Part shown: in pieces, positions 50,256 to 61,325 of the stretch
Numbering within the stretch: position 1 is the first letter of the stretch
How the letters are laid out: each line of letters begins with the position of its first letter
Assembly: GCF_964355755.1 (NCBI RefSeq)
Contig: NC_092677.1
Coordinates: 7,462,101-7,526,100, forward strand
Direction of reading: 5' to 3'
Length of the DNA stretch: 64,000 bases
From: Antedon mediterranea
Taxonomy: Eukaryota > Animalia > Echinodermata
Translations under genes and position numbers: made by a program
The notes under the pieces: generated by a model
What the model was told of the DNA's origin: nothing
The model's database searches: none
What the model saw: the letters and a program-made list of their open reading frames with translations, nothing else

Positions 50256-53200
50256 TCTTTTCTTTCTTATACCAAATATTTCATTACAACGCTAGAATTA
50301 TTTCACCTAAAATAAACTTACATTAATTTATACTCATTTTTGTCTAAATTTAATAAAATATGCATATTTTCCAAAAATAACATCACATAATTAAATACAA
50401 GTTGGGTAGCAATGGATAGCGTATTGTATATGCTTTCATTTGATACCATACAGTGTGTCCATTGACATTTTAAATATTTAACCCGAAAATGTTTTTTTTT
50501 GGTCAAAGGTTAGTAAAAGCATTTCCGGTCATTTTTGGGGGTAAAAGTTGTGTTAGACCGAATATAAATATGTATATTCTGAACAATTTGACACCAAAAG
50601 CAAATCTGTATGACAAGTGGTTTTCGAGATATAAGAACCACACATTTCTAACCTTTGACCCCGATTTTGGGCATGTTCGCCCCAGATAACGAATTTGACA
50701 CATATCCCATGTTGTTCCTTGGGGTCAAATTATCCTATAACAGTTGAGATATTCTCTCCTAAATTGAATGCATACAAATCTTACTGAGGTTCTACACTAG
50801 CAGTAGTTATTAATGAATAAAGGTCAATGACCTTTGACCTGACTATCTGACCAATGGCACAAGTAACCCAAAATTTGCAAAAACTTTATTTTGTTGTTTG
50901 ACCACTAAAACATAGATGTAGAAACCACATTTGTCTTTTTAAACCCAGGAGTTGAGGAGTTATGAGCCATCAAATGCCACAAAAAGGTGACTGACCTTTG
51001 ACCCTCAATATCTCACTAATGCAGCAACTAGAAGGCTGCAAAAATTTTTTGGTAATTATTGACACCTAAAGCTACAAGAAAATACCAAAAGACCTTTTAT
51101 TAGAATTTTTTCAAGGTCAAACCATATATAGCCTCTACTAGAGATGTTATAGCCTTTTTAACTTGAATTTGTTTGATCTTTGGAAACGATTTGACAGTTT
51201 GAAATGTTGATTCGAAAAAAAGTTCTAATGCGTCCTTATTTTTTTAGGAGTTTTGTTTATTTCTTTTGATTCTAGATAATCAACAATTTTTAGGCCTACG
51301 TTGTCATATTTTGGGGCTTTAGATGACGATGATGATGCAGGTTTTGAAGGGGCAGATCTTTTTGGTGCTACTACAATTGACTCTTCAGTAGTGTCCTCTA
51401 AACCCAGCTCTTCTGTGAATAAAACCTGATCGTCCATCATCAAATTTAAAAAATCTAAAGAGCTTGAAATTCTGTAAGAAAAAAAGTTTTAATTGTATTA
51501 AAGATTAACGTTATTTATTTTCATTAACCGTATTAGGGTCATTGAAAAAAGCTGTTATTTCCGTATTAGGGCCTATAGGTATGTGCGTAGTATAGAAAGC
51601 CAGTTTTACTATTATTACATCGATTATAATTAATACTAGTAACTTGGCAGGCCTAGGAGGAAGGCTAGTTCTTCAATCGAATGGCAACTTAATTAATAAT
51701 AATTATATAATATTAATTATAAAAACTTACTGTCTTGGTTCAAGATATGGAACTAAAAAATTCATCTGATCAGCCCATTTATATTTTTTAACTCCCCCAC
51801 CACCAGCATCACCACTTTTAGTTGAATTATTTTTTATGGTTCTCTGAAGGGAATCCCGGAGATTGATCCATTTTTTCTTTGCCGATTCACCTGTGATACA
51901 ACAATATACATATGTCAAATAATAGAGTCATCATATTGTTATTACATAACATAACTTTTAATGATTTAGCAATTACTTGCCTCACTCCATCATGCCTCAC
52001 GCAAGGCATATTGTTATGCCTTGATATAGGCATATTAGTTGTTGACTTACCATCTACGCCAACCTCGTCCCCAATAGCTTTCCAGATATCTGCTTTTTGT
52101 TTGTCTTGCTTATAGTTATACTCATTACTGCTTTTGTCGTACAGTATTTTATTCTGCTGCACAAGCAAAATTAATTTTTCGATGTTCTAAAAAAACAAAT
52201 TAAAATGTATTTTATTGGCATTACATAGCCTGTGCCCTACTTGGGCCTAGCCTACTACTACTTTAGATATATTAAATAATACACATATTAGGCTTAATCT
52301 ATAGGCGTAGCCTCTATCTAGGCCCAAGCTAGGCCAATAGTATTATTATTTAATTGTATAGCTGGCCTAGACCTAGCTAGGCTAATAACAATACTACTAT
52401 ATAATAATATAGTATTAGCCTACAGGCCTAGTAATAGTAGTACTGGATGTACCATTATAACAGTTTATATATAGGCCTAGGCCTATAGGCCTAGGCTAGC
52501 TAGTTAAGCCCCCACCACTAGCCTAGCTAGGAGGCCTAGGCCTACTACCAAATGTAGCATATCACAGGCCTACTGCTGCTTGCTAGCCCTATCCATCGTC
52601 AGTCAATGTAATGCATATATAGGCCTAGGTATAGATTTACTAGGCCTCAGTCTAGGCGCGCTTAGGTCTAGCCTAGACCTAGTCTAGGTAGGCCTAAGGG
52701 GCCTAGGCATAGGCCTACCTAGGCCTAGCTAGCTGGGCCTTGGCTAGCCTACTCCTTTCTATCTAGCCTGGCTAGGTCAGGCTTTTATAAATAGCGTATC
52801 TAAACCTATGACTTTTTCATAAGATGATAGCACGTAAGATATTGGTTCAATTAAGTTTAATAAACTGTGTATTCTATTAAATTTGTAGCTCAATTTACGT
52901 ACCATTTTTAAACGTCGCGGTGCACAAACCAAGTGACGTCGTCTGTGGTTTTGATTTTTGCGCGCTGTTTTTAACTTTGACATTACAGGTGCATCCTGAT
53001 TGGCTATTATAAAATCGTGTCGTGTGTCGTGTCGTGAAAAATGGGTTGTAAACCCATTCAGTACGACCGATTTTTTCCCGTACACGACACGGTTGTCGGA
53101 GACGGTTCTAATGTAAACGTTTATATTCTACAACACGTAACCCAATTTATCGTGTCGTCATCGTGTCGTTATCGTGTCGTTATCGTATCTAGTGTAAATG

Positions 53201-53900
53201 GCGCTTTATTACGCATGGTGGAAGCTACCTAGTATGTTATGCATTTTGAATTCACTCCATCGTGCCACCACCAGTGACCAGCAGAGTGATAAAGGGCTAG
53301 CCTATCTAGCTAGTCCTACCCTACTTGCTAGAGAGAGGCACCCTATTAGATTGGAAGATGGTTAACAAGCAGTACTCTATTTGCCTTCTACTAGGTAAGC
53401 CTACAAAAGAGTGTAATTTTTACGGCTATTTTATACGCCTATTTGTTCATATTATTATTTAATAATCGTTGATAATTCAAATACCTATCTTGGTCATGTG
53501 ATCAGTAATAACCTGAGTGATGAAAGTGACATCAAACGTCAATATCGATCTATTTGCATTAGGCCTAGGGCCAACTCTCTAAATAGAAAGTTTGGAAAAA
53601 TAATGTTCTACTAAGACTAAATGTTATCTATTTAAGAGTTTACTGTGTCAGCATGTACTGTTCAACCTTATGGTGTAGATATAATAAGAGCACTCTGTCT
53701 GAGATCACTGAAAGTATGTTATAACAATGCCTTATTTGCTGCTGAAGCAGCCTAGACATTGTAGTGCAAGCATGATGTTTGTCTTAAATGACGTCCATCC
53801 TTTGATGAGTTGATCATTAGAAAATCTGTTTTTAGTTTTAAAAATCGTGTGAACGCAAGTAGTAATTCCTTGATCATTGCCATTAATCGCCACGTTCTTA

Positions 53901-54771
53901 GGGCCTGTTTCTATAGAGCAGAGAATACGGTTGTGAATACCGTTCTTTTCAAGAACCGTTTTTTCTTGCCAGCAGAAATGGGTCCCCACAAAAAACCACA
54001 AAAAAGAACCGATCTTAAAAACGGTTTCAAAAACCCCAATTGATTGCGGTCTCGATCGCAAAGAACCGTTCTGAAACCGGTTTCCGCGGAGCAATTTTTA
54101 GCTGCAACACAATCGTGGTCTCAATTTGACCCCAAAAACTGAACTCTGCAGTCTGCTACACTGGGACGATTGCGGTCAACTCGCAGTCAAACCTGCGCGA
54201 TAGGACCTACAGTAGGCCTAAGTCATTTTTATTTCTATAGATAGTGAGTATTTTATTTAACTAAAAAATGTTGACCGATGCCATTACGAGGTTCGTAAAA
54301 AAATATGTGAAGGAAAGAAGAAGAGGGGACTTGTCGGGAGTCGGAAGAAAGACTCGCGTATAAACTATACTATAGGCATAGGCCTACATGTTTTTAAGAA
54401 TATTGTAAAGCGTGTGAAAAATAGACGAGTTCAACTTGACCATATTAGAGGGTGCGATGTACCTATACTTTAACCAAGGACCACAATAACGTTTCAGGTA
54501 ATAATTCCCCCTTCTATGATGAAATGGATGCTATTTCTTGGGGATCGCGCTATGCGAAAAAAAGTAAACATGACCTCGATCCAATCACGCTTCCTCCTAA
54601 CGAACTGCATTGTGGTGTATATAATGACGTCATTCATAACGAACGCACATGGACGGAACCGGTTTTATTGGAGTAAAAATTGAGCTGCAACGCGATCTTT
54701 ATTTATAAACAACAGCCGAAACCGGTTTCCAAAAAACCGTTCTTTTTTTATTTTTCAATAGAAACAGGCCC
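53901..54771 (+). mobile_element. Non-autonomous Harbinger deletion derivative
   Basis: TIR GGGCCTGTTTCTAT / ATAGAAACAGGCCC and TTA TSD. Myb/SANT-like remnant KDHNNVSG..PFYDEMDAI at about 54476-54545. Confidence 0.8.
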
Positions 54772-56179
54772 TTAATGTGTCAAGAATGCACATACAATGG
54801 AATGCTTTGTTGCATTGACTTTATTATTTACATAATCTTTGTTTTTGTTCTATGAGCTGTTAGATTAAGATTTTTTTTTCTCTCTTTTGCTATGGATATA
54901 ATATTATGTCACCATGATATTCCGAAATAAAAAGATAAATGAAATGAAATAATACTGTATATTATAATAATAATGTATATTATTTATATATAGGCCTACC
55001 TAACTAGCCTAGTAGGCCTAGGAAGCAGGGCCTACTAGCATGGCATTATTGTGATAATCAATCACAATAATGCCATGGTGTTAATAGTTATAATACAGCT
55101 GAGTTGGTGGCCATCATGTCATTCAACATTGACTGATTGAGACTAGCTTTAGACCTCCAAGTCTACCTATATTTTGTAACGTTATTCTTTTTTTTTTCCA
55201 AGAAAGTCAACAGGAATTCCACAACATCTTGAATTTAAAGAGCTGAAGAATACAGATTCAGTGACAATGACAAAAAAAAGTAGTTTGCAGTTATATTTAT
55301 TGTACAGTGTAAGTACATACAGTTCACATAAAAACATGATCTGCAGTACTTCCGTTATCATATATGTTTTCTTTATATTTGTCATACAAAATAAAAAATT
55401 ATTATCACTATAGTCCTTGTTATCAGGTGAACTGTTACTATACTTGTTAAGTTCACAATTCAGCTGATCACAAACAACTCATGTCATCTTATTCGTAACA
55501 TTCTGTCTTTTATTTTACAGTGCAAGTACTGTATCTACCAATCTATTAGATTGATCTGAATGATTTCTTCTTAGTAAGAAGAAATCATTCAGATCAATAG
55601 TCAGTTAATGGTTTAACTTTGCCTTTGATTGCTGGGAAAAATAATTTAATTAAGAAATATTCTATAGCATTAACAAATTACAAAAAAATATATATAATAT
55701 TATATCTATTGATTTTTTTCCCATACATCTTGTACTTTAATTACTAACGCCATTTTTACCAATATATTGTAAGTAATGCATTGTACTTCATAGCTAATTA
55801 TGATTACTTTATACATTTTAGCAACTCATGTTAAGTTGATATTCACCTAATAATGTTCTTTTATTTGTGTAGAAATAAATATTACTATTAATAAATATGT
55901 TATCATAAAAAATTAACATGCTCTACATAACATATCTTTTTGATGGTGTTTTTAAAAAAACTGTTCGTAATATCCTGTAATAATATTTGCAATATCCAAG
56001 TAAAATTTATTAATTTTGTGATAATTGTAACTTGGTATATAGTATTTATGTTACCAAGTCTCTAATAAATGTGATGAGTATATAAATAAAGGTTGTCTAT
56101 AGTATACATTGACATAAAAATCATCTTTATGTTTGTTCTTTAAAATTGATATAAAATAATCCTTTTCAATCACATTTCC

Positions 56180-56282
56180 ACTCTATTTTATAATTTATAA
56201 CGTTTTGATACATACTCTATTTTATAATTTATAACGTTTTGATACATACTCTATTTTATAATTTAAAACGTTTTAATACAAA
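56180..56282. repeat. About 34-bp tandem repeat, 3 copies
   Basis: ACTCTATTTTTATAATTTATAACGTTTTGATACAT occurs three times. Confidence 0.8.
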
Positions 56283-56879
56283 ATCAACAACTTCCAATGT
56301 AATATAATACAGTATCTGTGGTACTGCTATGTCTTACTACTGTATTACTATACAGACAGGTACAGTATTGTGAGCTTATTTAATTTATAAAAATGCGCCC
56401 TCTATTGGCAAACATAGATATTGTATAATGCAAAAGAATAGGGAGTTTTACATTTTGGCAATAGAGGGCGCATGTTTTTAATTAATAATCTTAAAATCGT
56501 TCTAATTAATTAATGTGCAACTTTTTTCACTGGCGAGTTTGGTTTTTATGATAAGATATATGTGTAGAACAATTCTGCAAAAAATGAGGTAGCTGCCAGA
56601 CGGGTGCCACGATATTTAAAAACTAAGCCACTTTTCAGTGTTCAGCCCATGGTCTAACAGTGGGGGTTATTATACAATATGCAACATTCCGTATTAGGCC
56701 TATACAGTTGGATAAAGAATAGATGTTAAAAACATCTTTCCCCGGCTTTACACGTTAAAGTTTCTGCAGTTTTTCTTATTTTGTTCTATCTTGGAAAGAC
56801 ATAATCTTGGGGTAATAATGTAGGCCTACATCGTTAGGCCTATAGTTGCCTAGTCCATATTCTCGTTTCGTGACGATAT

Positions 56880-59800
56880 TCATTTATTAATTAGACCAAT
56901 TCTCTCATCTTCGTTATTTTTCTGCTCTGACCAAACTTGCTGTTCAGCTTCGGAAAACATGATAAAATACACCATTCCTAGTAAATTGATTCCACCCGTT
57001 AAAGAGAATAAGACAGTCCATCGTTCGAGAGAATTCTGAAAATAAACATTTTATTGACATAATTATCATGGTGAGAAGCACGTTCATGGATATCTTAATT
57101 CAATTATCTCTTCTCCTCATAACATTTATCTAGAGATGCTGTTATGATCAAATCAAAGCCTTAAATAAAGAAATGAAAATTAATAAAGAAATGGTTCGTT
57201 AAGTAAAAATCTATAGTGATTCCGGATTAGCCCTAGTACAGGTCTAAGTTTATTTTGTTGTGGTAAAATAGCCTACGAATGGTGGTTATATTTAGCCCTA
57301 CCTGTTCTTTAATTAGAAGTCCAGTGACAATCGGAATGATGATTCCGGTGCAGCTTGCAAATGTCTGTGTGGCTGCCGCCACAAATCCAGCATATTCGTC
57401 GGTTATATCCATTGCGTTTGGTAAAACCGAAGCACTATTAAAACCACTCGCAGCGAAAAACACAATATACAGAATCTCAACCGCCAATACATTATAACCA
57501 GTGACAACAAGTGGAATAAAACCGACAACAGATAGGACAACACCTGTTTCAAACCAGACATTAGAAAAATTAAAAGTTTAAACTTTTAATAATTTTTAAA
57601 CTACATCGTTTAAAAGTAAATGAAATTACCTTCGCTTAGATTTCACTAAAGTTTTAAAAACTGCACTGTAAAAGATTAGGCCTACCTAATACAAGGAATA
57701 GATGTCTTGTTTTCAGAATACTAAGGTATTTTTGTTGAATGATATAGTCCGCAACAGCAGCAGACAGTAAGCCAGTTACTGCTGCAATAAAACTTGGCAA
57801 TGAGGTTAACAAACCAATCTAAATGATAAACAATAACATTATAAGAACAACTTAAAATGAGTGAGACTTAAGTGATAATCTTACAGCTTTAACTAGATTA
57901 TCAGAATAGGAAACATACTGAAACTATTTTAAAGAATTAAGTTTTAAGTATATCTTTTATCCGTCTCACCTTATTTACATTAACCCCAAACATGTTCGAA
58001 AAAAACGTAGGTACTTCAATTAGAAAGAAGTTGAAAGCAAACGTAGTAGAAAACCTTGCAACGGCAATGGCCCAAACCGGCTTCGACGTGAATATATCGT
58101 ATAGTGGAATCGCACGTGACTGAAAAAAAGTAATTGAAGGTATTTCCAATAGTTTTTTTCTAATATCCCTACAAATGCTTGCAAACTTACTAATAGCCCT
58201 ATACGCTACTTCATCAAATTATTACATTTTTAATTTCCCCCCTGCGAGCTATTTTTACACGAGTTGTAATTATGGTCGATTTTTGATATTTGAAATAAAA
58301 GTTTAAAAAATACAAACAAAAGTTTGATAAAATTGTCTAAAGCCTTGTGTATAGCCTATAGACTATCAAACTAGTTTGACATAATAGTGATGTGCCCAAA
58401 TATGGCATCACATTCTTTTGTCACATTTAATAGTAGACAAAGCTCTGGTTATATTATGCTTTATTAGTAAACTTGATCAAATTGTGCAAACTGACTCAGT
58501 TTAAACCTAAAGAAACTAGTGTAGAATGGAGGCAAAGGAAGGCATTGATACCTTATTCTTATTTGGTGTATTACTTATGTATTCATCTTGCTCCGCCGGT
58601 GACTCTGAAACGAATGTTATCCACAGAATTGCTAAAACAGCTCCAAACATACCTTTAACACATAATGAAAAAGTAAAAATAAACCCGAGTTAGAGCCAAT
58701 CTTGATTGCTACACTCGCCGCGTTGCAACATGACCGGTATTCAAATCATAAGATATTCATGACTCGCATCTAAATTATTTTAGTGGAATTGGTCAGAAGA
58801 CTGCTCTGGCTACACTAACAAACTAGTTTGACAAAACATATGTGATGTGCCCAAATATGGTAGTGATATACCCAAATATGGTACAGTAGTATAATATGAC
58901 ATCATCATTTCCATATATGAGCACAGTTGTTTTTCATATAAAGTTTGATACTAGTGTAGACAAAGCTTTAGGACAAATACTATAAGGACTTTTAGAAAAA
59001 AAAATCGGTTTTATTTCAAATGGGAAATAAACAAACATAAGCAGGATTCGGGGGATTGAATTTGACTTAGGCCTGGTAATTGGCTGTGACGTAGTTGACA
59101 TAATCTCTATACCCTTTCAAATTAAAAGTATTTCAATGAAGACACAACATTGTGTATGATTAAAAACATTAGTTAATAGTCTATTAACTTTAGTGACGTT
59201 TAGCTTTATTTGTTATAATAATTCAAATATCAAAATACGTATTAGATGTTGAGGAAAACGAAATTCTTTACTGTATATATAAAACGACATTGGCCATCCT
59301 CCAATCTTGTACGAGGAACAGATCAGTCCGGTCGTATAACTTGCAATCACGCCTCCAAATGCCTTGCCTTTAAAATAGTATTTAACATGTGTAATATGAC
59401 GTAGCAGAAAAAAAAAACATTGGTGTCTACGCAACGCAAGGACGTAAGCGAAACGCAAATGAGTTGACCAATAACAAACGACAGTTCAAATATCGCTTGT
59501 GATTGGTCAAACTACTGGCGTTGGGCTTACGTCACGTTTTCGTCACGTTTTATAGCAATCATAATGTACTTTTAGGAAGATTACTACAGGAGTAGTCTCA
59601 GAAACCGTTATGAATGTACACTACGAATCAGATGTTTTTTCACCATTTCTCTCTATTAACATAGATGCATTTTATATTTAAAAATCATGATTGCATACCA
59701 GCAAATACTATTGATACCATTACACTTCGTTCACCGACATTAGCCCATTTGCTCAATAAAGTGAAAACAGCAGGAATCATCATGCTCTAAATAAATTAAT

Positions 59801-60274
59801 TAAAATTGGTTAAAGCCCACAAACACATTAAAATAATATTACGTAGACAGCATTGCTCCACTGCTATAAGAAGAATGGTACATAAATGGTGAACAACCAA
59901 TAAGAGTCAAAACTGTACCACAAATCAAATATTGACTATTATTTTGATACTATTTAGGCCAATTTTTTTGAAATAATATTTTTCTTTCTATAGATATTTT
60001 TACCTGAAATAAAGAATTAATTTGCAATGTTTGAACAAACCTTAATAACGCCGTCCAAAATCCGTAATGTTATAAGTAGACCAACATGTACACTCGCTGC
60101 CCATGGTGATAAAGCTGAGATCAAACTCATCGAAATTATCACAAACGTAATTATACATTTTCCTCCTAGTTTAACCGCCAGAATGCCTCCTGGTATTTGC
60201 ATGACAGTATATCCATAATAAAATGCTCCAAGTAAGGTCTGCTGTGTCATTTTGTCCCAATCATAGGTTGGTAT
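56880..60274 (-). CDS. SLC17 family (sialin / Na-phosphate cotransporter-like) MFS transporter, 3' eight exons; 5' exon(s) not identified in the window
   Basis: Exons 60274-60041 (YDWD..Q..LLGAFYYGY..QIPGG), 59786-59699 (LSKWA...ERS), 59367-59272 (GGWPMSFY), 58652-58552, 58119-57970 (IFTSKPVWA), 57818-57686, 57543-57302 (MDITDEYAG) and 57035-56880 (ERW..LF, EQQVW, ERIGLI). All GT-AG and in phase. Confidence 0.9.
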
Positions 60275-60282
60275 CTGTGATA

Positions 60283-60320
60283 CAGTGAAACCTCGTGTAA
60301 GCGGACAGATCGGGCAAAAT
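60283..60320 (+). mobile_element. Tc1/mariner-type MITE terminus
   Basis: TA|CAGTGAAACCTCGTGTAAGCGGACA. The partner end was not found in the window. Confidence 0.55.
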
Positions 60321-61263
60321 GACAAATTACTAGGCAGGGCCAGGATCTGTCAAGGGGGTGGAGGGGGGGGGGGGGGGTGTTCGGATACTAAGTATTTGGG
60401 ACACTGCTTCCCTGTGACCTGAGGGGGAGAAGCGAATTTTGTTAATGACACCCCTAGAGGGACGGAGATGGTACTCTCGCACATAGCATTCATGATAAAT
60501 GGCACCTCTAATTGGTCGGAAAAGACATTCTCACCCAGAATGTTACCAATGAGCAAAACGATCGTATTTTTTTCCTCCTCCTTCACGTGGACTATTTAAC
60601 CGCCGATTGTTTGATCATTCATTCGGTATTTTGTTTTGCGTTCAAGTTCAATGTGAACGTACGTCAGCTGGGAATCCCCGAAAAAGCACACTTTGGGTAA
60701 GTAGGCAAATTCAATGCTTATTATAGCTCTACATATTTATTTACAGCAATTTATTGAGGAAATGAAATATATCAATGTTATATTTCGTTTGTCGATGATT
60801 ATTTTTTTACGCAAAGTTCATGTGTGAATGCTTTTAGTAGTCGTCGTCAGAAGTTTATCGAACTAGTTATTTTTTTTCAAAATGTTCCCCGCCACCTGCC
60901 CACCACACAGCCCAGGCCTAGTCTAGCCCCTAATACAATATAGGGCTTCCTACTAGATGATATTTTGTTGAAAAAAATACGTTTCACAAGACTTAGATTT
61001 AACATATCTGTAATCTACTGTATTTCGTCCATTGACAGCGTTGTAGAAGCTGCTGCTAGGCCTAGACCGTACTAGGCATACAGCGAATAGCCGTCTCTAC
61101 TCCCCAGCGTGCGGGCTACAGTATAGGGCCTAGCTAGGCTAGCTAGCTAGGCTTCTTAGACGGTGACCAGGCACCACCTAAAACTAACTGTAAACATCGA
61201 AGTCGCATTTGGATATTCGAAATTGTTAACATAATTACATTAACGGTAGGTGATTCATAAATC

Positions 61264-61325
61264 AAGTCCGTAGCCAGGGGGGTTCGTAGGGTTCGAACGA
61301 ACCCCCTTTTTCCTGAAGTGCCCTT
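61264..61325 (+). mobile_element. hAT-MITE-like terminus
   Basis: CAAGTCCGTAGCCAGGGGGGTTCG..GGGTTCGAACGAACCCCC, similar to 29412. Confidence 0.55.

Larger units (their letters stand above)
46843..51140. mobile_element. Long-TIR non-autonomous element (Academ-like), #3, containing two LINE fragments
   Basis: TAGTACAGGCTATAT / ATATAGCCTCTACTA with about 550-bp arms and 3-bp TSD GAG. Confidence 0.8.
46796..52905 (-). pseudogene. Harbinger accessory MADF-BESS protein gene, disrupted
   Basis: Exons ATG 52905-52903, 52186-52051 (LYDKS..IWKAIG), 51890-51731 (KKKWINLRD..YKWADQMNFL), and 51471-51141 plus 46839-46796 (KKAITS|LIVFDIEEE*). The gene has a homopolymer frameshift and an insertion in the BESS region. 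Confidence 0.75.
46148..53205 (+). mobile_element. Second Harbinger transposon, left-truncated and interrupted
   Basis: Transposase C-terminus on + and MADF/BESS gene on -. Right terminus ...GTGTAAATGGCGCT|TTA with subterminal TCGTGTCG repeats. Confidence 0.75.
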
